Shown here in pieces: positions 39,401 to 51,338 of a DNA stretch of 64,000 nucleotides; the first letter of the stretch is position 1; every line of letters begins with the position of its first letter. The DNA comes from Zygnema circumcarinatum SAG 698-1b (taxonomy: Eukaryota; Plantae; Zygnematophyceae). A program made the position numbers and the translations under genes. The stretch lies in NCBI GenBank assembly GCA_037447605.1, contig CM074805.1:1397361-1461360 (forward strand). The letters are read 5' to 3'. The notes under the pieces are model-generated. The model had not been told where the DNA came from. It saw nothing but the letters and a program-made list of their open reading frames with translations, and did no database searches.

Positions 39401-42400
39401 TGATGGGGGAGAGGATGAAACTAATGCGGCGGACACGGCTCCTAAGCGATCCTTTAGAAAAAAGCCAAAGAAAGATGCAGATGAAGTAGGAAATAGTGAA
39501 CAAGATGTAGGAAATAGTGAACAAGATGTAGGAAATAGTGAACAAGATGTAGGAAATAGTGAACAAGAGGAGGTTGCAAGGAGTTCGGTTAGAGGTGTGG
39601 ACGGAGGAGAGGGCGGAAGTGATGGGGGAGAGGATGAAACTGATGCGACGGACACGGCTCCTAAGCGATCCTTTAGAAAAAAGCCAAAGAAAGATGCAGA
39701 TGAAGTAGGAAATAGTGAACAAGATGTAGGAAATAGTGAACAAGATGTAGGAAATAGTGAACAAGATGTAGGAAATAGTGAACAAGAGGAGGTTGCAAGG
39801 AGTTCGGTTAGAGGTGTGGACGGAGGAGAGGGCGGAAGTGATGGGGGAGAGGATGAAACTGATGCGACGGACACGGCTCCTAAGCGATCCTTTAGGAAAA
39901 AAACAAAGAAAGATGCAGATGAAGTAGGAAATAGTGAACAAGATGTAGGAAATAGTGAACAAGATGAGGTTGCAAGGAGTTCGGTTAGAGGTGTGGACGG
40001 AGGAGAGGGCGGAAGTGATGGGGGAGAGGATGAAACTGATGCGACGGACACGGCTCCTAAGCGATCCTTTAGAAAAAAAACAAAGAAAGATGCAGATGAA
40101 GTAGGAAATAGTGAACAAGATGAGGTTGCAAGGAATTCGGGTAGAGGTGTGGAGGGAGGAGAGGGCGGAAGTGATGGGGGAGAGGATGAAAACGTCGATG
40201 CTGAAGGAGGGCCTTCTACAAGAAAAGGAGTTGGAGATGATAGTACTGAAGGTGGAAAAGCTGCAGACGAAAGTGACGTAGCAGATGGGGCTGACAATGC
40301 CAAGCGACACGGCAACGGTGAGGAGCAGTCTAGAGGAGAAGTACAAGGTGAGGTAGCGAGGGGGTCATCTGGAGGAAAAGGAGGTGTAGATGATGGACAG
40401 GCGGAGGCTAAAGGTGATGAAACGGGTAGTGATGAAGATGGGCCATCAAAGGGTTCGTTTCAAGGCAAGGGACAAGGGCAAGTGGGTAGAGATGAAACTG
40501 GAGAGGGTGGACGAAGTACCGCAGGGAAAATACCAGTTCGTGAGAATAGTGGGATTGACGGTGAGGAGGAAGGTGAAGGGAGCGAAACGGAAGGAGAGGA
40601 ACCAAGAGGTGACCTACGGGATGGCCCGTCAAAGGGGTCGCCTGAAGACCAGGAACAAAGGGAGAGTGAGGATGAAGCTGGAGGAGGGTCTGGAAAAAAA
40701 AGTAAAGGTAATGTCGAGGAAGGTGGTGGGGATGACATGGTTGAAAATGAAGAGCGTGGCGAGATTCAACATGGGCCTGTAAAGGCTTCGCCTAAAGGTA
40801 GTGGAGTAGGGGCAGAGGATGAGGACAAAGGTGAAAGTGAGGCTGAAAGCGGGTCTGGACGGCAAAGAAAGGTTGATGGAGAGGAAAGTTTAGGAGATGG
40901 CGATGGCCAATCAGATGAGTCGTTCAAAGGCAAGGAACAAGAGGGGGTGGATAGAGATGAATCCGGAGAGAGAGTGCAAGATGAAGCTGAGGAAACTCCT
41001 AGAGGGAAACGAGGGGTTGGTGGTCAGAAGGAAAGTGAACGGAATAAAGGAGGAGTCGAAGAGGAAGAGAAAGGTGGCATACGAGATGGACCTGCAGAAG
41101 AAGAGGACAAGGGGCAAGTGGTGAGTGAGGGTGGAGGTGGAGACGCATCTGAAAATGGTTCTGGTCAGAAGGAAAAGGTTAATGGGGAGGAAGATGGACG
41201 AGATGAGGTAGGGGGAGATGAAGAGGCTGGTGAGGTTCAAAATGGACCTGTGAAGGGCTTGCCCAACGACGAGGAAAAAGTTGGAGGTGAGGATGAAGTC
41301 GGAGGTAATGCTGAAGGTGAGATTGAGGGAGGGCTTTCTGGAAAGAAAAAAGGGTTCGCTGTGGAGGAAGGTGGAAGTGAAAAAATGGGAGGTGATGAAG
41401 AGAGTGGTGACCTTCGAGATGGGCCTGCAAAGGAACTTCCTAAAGACGAGGAGCAAACGTTGGGTAATGGTGAAACTGAAGAGGAGGGGCAAGATGAGGC
41501 TGGAAAATGGTCATCTGGAGGGAAGGGAGGGTCGAACGATGAGGACGCGGGAAATGGAATGAGAAATGTTGAATCAAAAGAAGGTGAAGCACGAGATGGG
41601 TCTTTGAACGACTCATCTGAAAGCGATGGACAAGAGGAGGAGAGCGGAGAGACGAAAGGTGAGTCTCCGAAAGGTTCTTCTGTTGGTGAGCGTTGGGGCG
41701 ATGGGGATTATTTTGCAGAGCGTTCATATGACAGGGATGCTGAGGGTTGTCTAGTGGTTGTGGAAAGGGATGTTGATAGTGAAGGTGAGTGAGGTAGGCT
41801 TGCCGAACGCCCCATGAAAGGTACAAATTAGGGAGTGAGCATGAAAAGGCTAAGAAGATGGAGTTTCAGAGGGAACTTCGAAGGTGAAAGGAAGTGAGAT
41901 TGTGATGGCAATTTTTTTGCAGGTCATGACGATGGAACCACACCATTTGGGCCAAAAAAGAGTAGCCAACCGACAGAGTCCAATGGCCGGGAGATCCCTG
42001 CTGGGCCGGAGAATAAATCTGGAGATATGGAGGAGGGAAGCAGTGGAGAAGAAGAGTCCAACATGAAAGATGAAGCGTCAACAAACCAATATAAACATAA
42101 GAAGACGTCCACTTCTTCCCGCTTGGCATACGTCGTCACAGAAAGCGAGGTCGAAGGTACTTTCGAGAGACTCTGTTGAGCGAGTTTGTGCTAGTCAATA
42201 GTGATGTATCCACAGAATCGCATTTCTGGCCATTCACCTTCACTTTGCAGGTTATTAAAGGACACGTAAAACACGCTTTCCCTGTTCATGCAGTATTGGA
42301 ATCAGGTGTAGTTTATATGTGGGATTGGCGACATTAATGATTCCAAGAATGATTGAATGAGGTTATGTGTGCTATTTCAGGCAGGAAAAATAAGAAACGA

Positions 42401-44620
42401 GAAACATAAAATAAGTTTTATCTACGCCCCATAGCATACATATCTACTCGTTTACCAGCGAACAAGACGCTGTTAAAATTCTCTAGTCGCAATGCACTGG
42501 GCCACTGAAGCCGAAAAAAAAAATAACAGAACCATGCAAAATTGTTTTTCTAGGTTCCTTCCAGATTTTTCGGGTTTCCTCTTTCAGCATCTTCTACTTT
42601 TCCTTGTGTCTCGTTTGTCCTTCCTCTGTGAGGCAGGGTGCGAATCTTCGCATTTTCATTTTCCGTTACTTCCACTCCGCTTTCTGCATTTTATGTTGTG
42701 CCGGTTGGGTGCGAGGTTATTCTTATTGCCGTCATATTTCTAGTGGCAGAAGCTCCTTCCTTAGCCTCTGGAATTTCAGACACAGGGCCGTGTCTTTGCT
42801 AATTCCTTCGCTTCCTTCTCTGCCCTCCCCATGCCCCTTCCTTTTAGTTTTTGGATTATTTCCCTGTACTGACTTTTCGCGGCTGTGGTTGTGTGTTGCC
42901 ACTCGTGCTTTTTGGGGTTGGGTTCTGTGATGAGTCAGGCTTTGATTTGGTTATAACCAACGAAGCGAATAGGGATCAGACCGTGCACCTCACCGCTCCT
43001 GCATCAGTGATGTTGCAGAAGACTCAATTCGTTCTCGAGCCATCGCAATCAATGAAGGTCCGAAAGCACTCTTATCCTTGACTGCGTGTACGTGCAGCGA
43101 GCAGTACTGTTGACTAGTTGTTGTCTTACAGAAGCCCCGTCAAGGTGCACTATGGCTGACTTCTTTCTGTTATCTTCTTTCTCACATTCTTTCGTCAAAT
43201 ACATCCTCTGCAATCCCGTTATTTGGGTTGCTCTCATCATCCTGCATGTTAAGCATTCCTTTTTTCCTGTGTCAATTCAATCAACTTTAAGCATGGACTT
43301 TTCCTGAGGCACGAAATATGTTTCCTCCCCTGTGGCCTTCCTGTGTAAGCAGTTGTAATTGAGAGAGAGATTGTGTGTAAGAGAGGGAAGGGTGGGCGGG
43401 CAACCGGGGAAGGGGACGGAGTGGGAAGAGGGACGAAGGGAAGGTGGAGAGAATTAAATGACTGCCTCTCCACTTGTGGTCTGGTGTTTTCTATTTCATT
43501 GTCACGTCAACTTGTTAGTCTTAGCCAGATGCTCACCTTTGAGAAGGATGACAGGGGTTTGCCAGATAGTACTTCAGGAACTTCGGTTCAGCAATTATGT
43601 ATGCATCTGAAATTGCTCGTTTTCATGTCCCTCTCGGCCTCTGTCGTTTTGAATGTGAGCCTCACTTTCCTGAAAGTTGTCCTGCAGATTCACATAGAAA
43701 TTGCTCCAAAAGGCAAGAATGATGAAAGGCGATCGGTTTCCAAACCCTTTGTCCTTGTGGAATCCAATGACGGGTCATTCAAAGTACCACTTGACAGTCC
43801 CACGGATCACAGTAGTTCTCCAGAATCCACTAGTCAGCCCGTTAACGGTGACATAGAAAGTCAGCCAGAGGGGGAGAAGGCTTCAGAAGAACAAGCAGAC
43901 ACTGAAGGTAGCAGTACGGATCAAAGCGAAGAGGGGAGAGAGATAGGAAGCAATCCTGTGCTAAATGGAGGGCCTCGCTTTCGTGGCACAATATGGGAGC
44001 CCATTTTGGCGCCCATAGAAGCGTTGGTGCCTCCATTTTTGACACCTATACAGGCGCTCTATGTTGCATTAGGGTTTTTGGGACTTGTGTTTGTGTTCAT
44101 CACCTACCTCTGTTGCTTGTGTCGAAGGAGATCGCGTCATCAGGGTGACATCAAGTATCAGGAGTTGGAGATGAACTCGAAATCAGGGCCCGACTTCTCA
44201 CTGCTGTTTGGACAGAGGGCAACTAAAAGCGGCTCCATCCGAGGGGCCCCTGGCAGTGGCGATGAAGCTGAGGAGGAGTGGGTTGAAGACTGGGATGAAG
44301 AATGGGAGGGAAGCGAAAGGAAACGAAGAGCGATGTCGGGCCTTTTGAGCAAAAGCACACCAGAAGAGGGCAGTAAGGTCACTAGAAGCCTTTCTGAAGG
44401 TGATTCAGGCGTTTCTAGCCCTTCAAAGGTGAGTGGGGGTGGAGACGGTGAGCCAGCAAGTCCTGGCAGTGCTTTGGGTGGCATAAAGAGAGCAAGCACT
44501 TCTCCAAGGGGAGATTTGACTCCTCGAAGTCCGGGACGAAAGAAGGGGGCGTCAAAGTTGGTGGTGTCAAAGGGGAAGCCCATAATGGAAGAAGGGTGGG
44601 AGAAGGATTGGGTGATGTGA
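36473..44620 (+). CDS. Giant (~1830 aa if the frame is restored) acidic type I membrane protein with a plant-family C-terminal luminal domain, TM helix and YQEL tail; reading frame broken near 39170
   Basis: Exon 36473-36670 encodes a signal peptide (LARLVILSLSLFLSLSLVSAA). Further exons are 37781 (acceptor uncertain)-41784, 41923-42156, 42939-43057, 43688-44620. The segment LAYVVTE..GFDLVITNE..VHLTAPASVMLQKTQFVL..KIHIEI, the TM YVALGFLGLVFVFITYLCCLC, and KYQELEM, WVEDWDEEW and terminal EGWEKDW resemble an uncharacterised plant TM family (from memory DUF7356-type, not verified). ORFs 37775-39181 and 39117-41792 overlap in different frames. Confidence 0.75.
39201..40190 (+). repeat. Nested coding tandem repeat: six 156-bp macro-units containing variable numbers of 21-bp sub-units
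   Basis: Macro-units start at 39201, 39357, 39576, 39795, 39972 and 40128. Spacings are 156, 219, 219, 177, 156 = 156 + 21n with n = 0,3,3,1,0. The 21-mer encodes VGNSEQD. Confidence 0.93.
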
Positions 44621-45763
44621 ACAGAAAGCGGAAGGGGAGGAGGTCATTGATTTAGCCCTGCCAGATCCGCATGGCTGCAGCATCTAATTGAGAGGTCCGG
44701 GCTCGTCACGGGAGGAGGAATGCATGGAGGTTACCACTCTGGATGTTGGAAGGTCACTAGAAAGTAGGGGAACGCCGTTATGGAAAGTGGGTTGGGTGGT
44801 TCCTCTCTGTGCTCTCAAGAATTTTGGGGCGGGGAGGGAGGGACGGGAGAGCTGTGAAAAAAGCCGATGACTCGCTGCCCAGGACCTCGGCCTACGGCCT
44901 TGGGCCTACTTTGAGGACAGAAGTCCTGCTCGTGGAGGAAAGGCCAGGAAGTCCTCAACTCCACCCTTGGAGGAGTCTATCTCGCAGGGAAATAGTCAAA
45001 AATGTTGTTGTCGAAATTGTTGAAATTAACATGTATCAATTTTAAAAGTTTTTTTAGATGACTTATGAACCTAAGCCAAACCCTTTATATCAGCTGGCCT
45101 TCGGATTATGACTGCCACCCCTTGTACGTAGGAAACGGGGAGGAAACCGTGTAGATGTATTTCTACAACAAGAAGTCACCCCACATGAAGGCTCAAGAGT
45201 GGAATGCTCCAATTGATTAGACCGGAGCTTGCTTCGGATGTTTTACAGCTTTTTTTAAAAGATGCTTGTTTTGTTCCTCGTTCCGCAGCTCTTTCTTCAA
45301 TACATTTCTTTCTATGCCCCTTCCCACATCGGCCCCAACAAACATCCCCAGCCGCTCAAACCTTTCCTTTCTTGATGACTCTTGATGCCTACCGCCCTCG
45401 ATGTGCCCCCTTGATCGCTGAAGGAGCAAGAGACTTTATTTTCTGAACACAGCACCCCAAATGTCTCCTTCCCATGGCCCTGTCTTCCCCCCTCCCTATC
45501 CCCCTTCCCAATACCTGCCGTACCATTTCCGTACGATGTACTTATACTTTCACATCCGTACATTTACAGAATAAGAGCACATCCCTAAACCAACCACAAC
45601 CTGTCACGTGGCGTTGGGATGTGCGCCCAGTGTCCTCCGCGCACTCCCCAGTGAGCTGAAAGTGACATGGCGGTAGGGAGCGAAGCCGAGCGAGCCTCCA
45701 GGAAGGCACCCCGGCATGCCCGGACGGCCTGCCACGTGGCACCTTCTTCGCTCTTCCCTGAGC

Positions 45764-45823
45764 CTGAACCCTAGCCTTAACCCTAACCCTAACCCTAACC
45801 CTAACTCTAACCCAAACCCTGAC
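45764..45823. repeat. Interstitial CCCTAA (TTAGGG-type) telomere-like array
   Basis: Four perfect CCCTAA units at 45781-45804 flanked by about 5 degenerate units, 130 bp upstream of the RCC1-repeat gene ATG. Confidence 0.8.
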
Positions 45824-45954
45824 CTTGCCCTGAAATGAAGCCCTAATCCTACTTTAAGCCCCAGCTAGCGCGGAGTCTTAGGATCCCTAATCGGCCGTTT
45901 CTGGCGCCATCGCTCTCCCTAAAGGGCCCCAAGCGCGCTGCATTGCCTGCGGCC

Positions 45955-48900
45955 ATGGCCTCCCCCGCGAGCAAGAAGGCGACCAGTGGGTGGTTGGGGC
46001 GGTGGCGCGCGGGAGCGAAGAAGGGTGGAGGGACAGCTGGCAGGCGGGGGCTTCAGTGCGACCAGTCCACGATCAGCACTGCGCTTATTGTGGTGGCGGC
46101 GCTGGGACTTGCAGCCTGGCGCATTTCGCGCTCGCCTACGCTAAAAGGTGGGTGGAAGGAGTAGGAAGGAGGGCGGGGGAGGGGGGAAATGGCGAGGCGG
46201 GGGGAGGGTGGGACAGGGTGGGAAGGTTGGGAGAGATTGAGAGGGATGGATAGAGATGGGAGTTGGACGCACATGCATAGAGGTAGGAGAGGGTGAAGGG
46301 GCGGGGTAGGACAGAGGTGGGTGGGAGAATTGTGGGTACGGAAGTGGGCTAAAGACTTCTTTTTAGCCCATTGGGTAGAAAGGACTGGAAGGAAGGTGAA
46401 CTGTGCGGCTATTAGGGATTTTCTGCATGAGCGTGAATTGGTATGTGGAGGGTGTAACTCATCAGTCGATTAGTATTCTCCCACCTGCCACATTGCGGTT
46501 TTGATGGTCCGCATAGCTCGGCGTCAGTTCAATCCCCTGTGAGCTGGATTTCCTTATTCCTTACTAGCTCTGCCTAAGCGTAGATTATTTTACACAAAGA
46601 TTTTCTCAATCGCTTGAGTTCATCAACCGGAACTCAAAGAATATCTATAGGTCCTTTCAACTTATTAATGTGCGCGCTCTGCAGTAACCCTGTCGAATTG
46701 CTGAGCCGCAAGAACGTGGACCTAAATAACAGAAAGCAACCTAGCAGGGTCTCACCTCGAAAAACATAATCGCTCAAGTGTGTTTAATGTACACTTCGCA
46801 TGTTCTGTTATCATATTTTATCAAAAGGAGCCTCAACTATGTAGGTCCAGAATTTCATGTGTACCATCTGCCGGGCCTTCCTTTAACTGAAGGACGCCAT
46901 GCTGACATCTCATATCATATCGCTTTCGTATCGTCTTTCTTTTTCTTCAACCGAGTCATCGCAAGGTGCAACAAACTGCGTATTTCCCTAGACTAGACAA
47001 CTCCCTCCCTCCCTCCCTCCCTCCCTCCCTCCCTCCTTCTAACCGAAACATTCCCGAGGGACTCCCGTGCAGCCATTGGAGCCTCCTTCCAAGAGTCCCC
47101 ATTGCCGGTCTCTCCTCCACCGGGAGAAGAAGAGGTCATCTTATCCCGCTCCCCTTGGCGATACTCATTGGGTGAACCCGGCGGCTACCTCTATGGTTGG
47201 AGTGTCCCTGAACTCGGCTACCGCCTTGGATGGCCGACCAATCTCCCCCTGCGAAGTGCCCCCACGGCAGCTCGCACAGGAGGAGTTTTGCGGCGAATTG
47301 GAGTGGTCGATGTGGCGGCGAGCGGGCACACGCTGGCGATCTCTGTGGACGGAGTTCTGTACTCCGTTGGCCGGGACTGGGACAGCGCACGGAACCGTTC
47401 GGGGCAGTTGGGGCGGGAGGGGGCTTTCAGTAGAGCGTTGGCTGTGAAGGGAGCGCTTTCAGGGAAGAAGGTTGTTGCTGCAGCAGCAGGGAAGTTTCAC
47501 TCTCTTGCAGTCAGTGAGGAAGGGACTGTGTACAGCTGGGGGTTGAACAGCCGGGGGCAGCTTGGAAGAGTGACATCTAACAAGGTCAGAATCGTTCACT
47601 GAATGCTTTTTGGGAGTGTGGAAAACGAGACAGGAAAAGATTGGGTGACAAAAGCATCTGCATGATTCATTGATTTGCAAGTCAGTTCATACTTTGTTGG
47701 AGACTGTGACGGTTAGCCTTTTTTTTTTTGGCAAAAGTTGTGACGAGGTCGGTCACAATCATGCTTTAGTGACCAACTAAAATTCACGTTCCTGTGGTTG
47801 TGGATATCGCGTACCTTCAAGCTAAATCTGTTTGAGATTCTTAACTTTCGTGGAGCGTTTGGTAGCGGACTAGCTAGAATCCTATACTTCACTGTGGCTA
47901 GCTTCTATCGTATGCTGATCTGCATACATAGAGCAACACCTGCATAGCCTCTGCCCCCCTCCCCCAACTCCTCCGATTCTTTCGGAATCTTGCGATACAC
48001 TTGACACCATCATTTCCTCCAGAATGAAGCATAAAAAATACCACACTTGTTGCAAGTTTTGGGGCTTACAGCCTTCTCCCCTCCCCTCTCTCTCTCCCCC
48101 CCTTCTCTCCCACTCTCTGCAGGAGGAATGCTTTAGCCCAGAAGCCGTGACTGAGGGTCTGCAGGGCCACAAGGTGACCGCCGTCTGTGCTGGCCCACAC
48201 TACAGTATGGCGCTCACGGAGGAGGGGCAGCTTCACACGTGGGGGCTCAACTTCTTCGATGGAGAAGTTCCCTGGAAGGCAGAGGGGGAGGGAGAGGCAG
48301 ACCCTTCAGAAGCAGAGGGGGCGATTTTAAAGGTGGCCGTCCCGCGAGTGGTGGGAGGGGCGCTCAGTTCCATGGTGGTAGCGCAGATCACCTGCGGCCC
48401 TACGCATTGGTTGGCAGTCACCAATGAGGGGCTTGTGTTTGCAGCAAGGTGAACTGAGGAGGGGAGAGGCAGGGGGGGAAAGAGAGAGATGGGCAGGAGT
48501 AAGGAGAACACTGTTCCCGTCTTTCGTTGCTTCCTTGCTTTCTGCTGGTTTTGTCAGCATTGTACGCAGTAGTCGTTGTTCAAGGCTGGGGGTGTTTTAT
48601 GCCTGAAATGGAAACGAACGTCTCCTTTCGTCATGCTGACTTCCCCTCCTTCTCCCCCTCCCCCCTCCCCCATCCCCCCCTCCCTCCTGCCCACTCCCCC
48701 CTACGCCCTCCCCCTTCCGCCCTCCTCCCTCCCTCCTCCCCCATCCCCTCTCCCCCCTCCCCNNNNNNNNNNCCCCCTCCCCCTTCTCCCCCCTCCCCTT
48801 CCCACCCCTGCTTGCAGCACTGGCTTCACTGACGCAGGCCTCAAAATGAAGTCCTTTGACTTCCAATACAAGCTCGGCCGCGAGCCCCTGCCCGCCCCCA

Positions 48901-49580
48901 CCTCCCCCGCGGTCGTCCTTTGGGGCCTCGAGAGGCTCCGCGCCGTCTCCGTGGCGGCCACCTCTGAAGCGTCACTCGCCGTCACGGCGGAGGGGGCAGT
49001 CTATTCGTGGGGGCTGCCCGGGCCCGAGCTCGGGAGGGTGGGGGCGGAGGGGAGGGAGTTTGAGGCGAGGGAGGTGGGGGAGGGGCTGCCTGATGGGAGT
49101 CCCATGGCGGGGCTGCGAGTGGTGGAGGTGGCGGGGGGGGACTCCTTTGTGCTGGCCAGAACACAAGAAGGGCTCGTTTTCTCTTGGTGGGAGGTTATTT
49201 CCCTGTTCGTTTTTTCTTTTGCAGCTGGTGAAGATGTGGGTCTGTTGCTGACAAGTCAAAAGAATGGCAAATGAATACATATATTTATACGTGAACGAGA
49301 ATTGAGAAGGAGCGTGAGGGTGGGTGGAGGGAGGGAGGGTAGCAGGGGTCATAACGAGCACAGTCAGTTGGGAAGGGAAGGCGACATGGAGGACATCACG
49401 CCCAGGCAGGTCCGTTCGCTGGAAGAGTTCAGAGCGCTGAAGATTGCGGCCGGGTCCCTTCACGGTCTGGCGATCGTCGTACCTCTCCCGGGGGAGGAGG
49501 CGGCGGTGGAAGCAGGAGAGGAGGAGGAGGGGGGGGAGGAGAGGCTGAAGCAGGGGAGGAAGCTCCTCTCGGAAAGATAA
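45955..49580 (+). CDS. RCC1-repeat (beta-propeller) protein with an N-terminal signal-anchor, 544 aa
   Basis: Exons 45955-46147, 47073-47584, 48123-48448, 48818-49186, 49346-49580 (1635 nt). A basic N-terminus is followed by TALIVVAALGLAAW, then about 7 RCC1 units (AAGKFHSLAVSEEGTVYSWGLNSRGQLGR, CAGPHYSMALTEEGQLHTWG, AGGDSFVLARTQEGLVFSWGHNEHSQLGR, AAGSLHGLAI). Confidence 0.88.
48763..48772. other. Assembly gap (10 N) within a C-rich intron tract
   Basis: Literal N run; true length unknown. Confidence 0.99.
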
Positions 49581-50374
49581 GAGAGGGAGGGGGGGGTGGG
49601 AGAGGGGGGGGCGCGCTCCTAGGGGGAAGCGGCGGCGGGGTATTGGGAGATGGAAGACAAAATTTTTGAACTCACAAAATTTTAGGGCTCTGAAGGAAAG
49701 TGGTGGAGTGAGAGAAGTTGATTAGGCAATGTTGAGGTTGCTTTTTATTAAGAGATTTTTTTTTAAGTTGTTATTGGCATGTTTGGCTCTTGGAGGAGCC
49801 TGCCAGCAGGCTGCGGAGTAGTAGGCTTGTTATTCACTTCAATTATTCGGTCTAAGTCTAGAAAAAGTCGAGAGTAGTTTTTGTATCTTGCTATGAAGAG
49901 GCAGCAACTGTGCATATGTCTTTCTCTTTTTCACTTTTCGCCCTCTCCCTGTCCTCTCTCCCCTACCTTCTGCCTCTCACCCTCTTTCCCCCCAACTCTT
50001 CCTCCCTCTCATGCTGTACATCCATCCATCTTTGCGGCAGAGGAATCCCTGCGTTATTGGAACAAAAGCAAACTCCTTTTTTTTTAAGTCCCAGAGGAGA
50101 GCCACCAGCCAAATGCAATGTTTTCACTCTGAATGAAGGCAAATTCCGTGTCCGACTTTCCCGAGTTCAATTCAAGCCCCCTAAAGGTGGGTCCATTGGG
50201 GGGTCCACACTGCCCAGTGACTCCATCTTGCACGCTGAATGCAGGTGTGGGGGCACTTGAAATTCGGTCAGAACCCAACGATAAATTGATCCCCAAAATT
50301 TTCAAAACATGTCTACTCATTATCATCACTTAAAAACTCAATTACTAAAAAACTAAAGAAATGAATAAATCCAA

Positions 50375-51338
50375 ATGCCAAATTCATTTTGGGTTTTGTT
50401 TAGAAAGGGTGGTTTAAATAGAAATTTTAAACCATCCACTATTTAAAAATACTGGTTTAAAATTAATACTTCTGAGAAATGGTTTTACGATTTTTTAGTC
50501 ATAGGGGGCTGAGCCTTGAGCCTGAGCGATGCGAGTCATTGCTACTCAGTACTCGCCAGGCCTCAGTTCATCGCGAGGAATTGTTCAAGGCAAGTTTTTT
50601 TATGGAATGTTCTCTCTCTTTCAGTAGGAGAGAGGGGGGGTGGATCATGGAAGCCTTGTGAATTACTTGGTTTTGGATGACCCACTTTCGTCTTCAGGTA
50701 GTCGGGTGTTTGGCTCACCTTTTGGCCACATCACTTCCCTTTTTGGCCCTTGAAATAACGATTTGCTATTTTGTTGAAGTTAAACACTGTTGTGTTACAC
50801 TGCATGTCATGATTTTGCTTCTCAATAGAGAAGTGTGTGACCACTTTGAGATCATTCTGTGTAAATCAACTGACACGACTTCGCTCTCATACCGGTCTTC
50901 TATGTGTTGCTTGCTGATCAAATGGGGCGCTTCCCATTGTCCAGTGCATGCGAATATTTCTTGGATGCGCGTGAATTGTGGAAGAATGCCCTCTTAACTG
51001 TAATGGTGTGATGCACTGCCACACATCGCTGGTTAGAAAATTGCAGCTTGTGCCTTGAACAATTCCTCGCGATGAACTGAGGCCTGGTGAGTACTGAGTA
51101 GCAATGACTCGCATCGCTCAGGCTCAAGGCTCAGCCCCTTTTGACTAAAAAATCGTAGAACCATTTCTCAGAAGTATTTCATATTTTGCAAGGGCCGGAT
51201 CCCCCCAGAGTAGGGATGGCCGTAAAAATTATTATTATTTTCTAAATTTATTTTAAACCAGTAGTTTAAAAAAAGTGGGTGCTTTAAAATTTCTATTTAA
51301 CCACCCTTTATAAACAAAACCCAAAATGAATTTGGCAT
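50375..51338. mobile_element. Foldback element / long inverted repeat (arms 50375-50592 and 51051-51338, ~460-bp spacer)
   Basis: The arms align as reverse complements over about 215 bp. The inner ~125 bp differ at only 4 positions, and the right arm has a ~70-bp insertion (51179-51248). No clear target-site duplication and no intact ORF. Confidence 0.7.

Noticed and set aside
39201-40190. CRISPR-like regular repeats
   Set aside because: Repeats are in-frame coding units without unique spacers, in a eukaryotic gene with no cas genes.
37702-40346. Long minus-strand ORFs (294, 682, 426 aa)
   Set aside because: Antisense shadows of the purine-rich coding exon on the plus strand; Ser/Leu/Phe/Pro-rich with no independent signals.
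43373-43687. N-terminal part of the 415-aa ORF as coding sequence
   Set aside because: Phase and family motif favour direct splicing from 43057 to 43688, so this part is open intron sequence.
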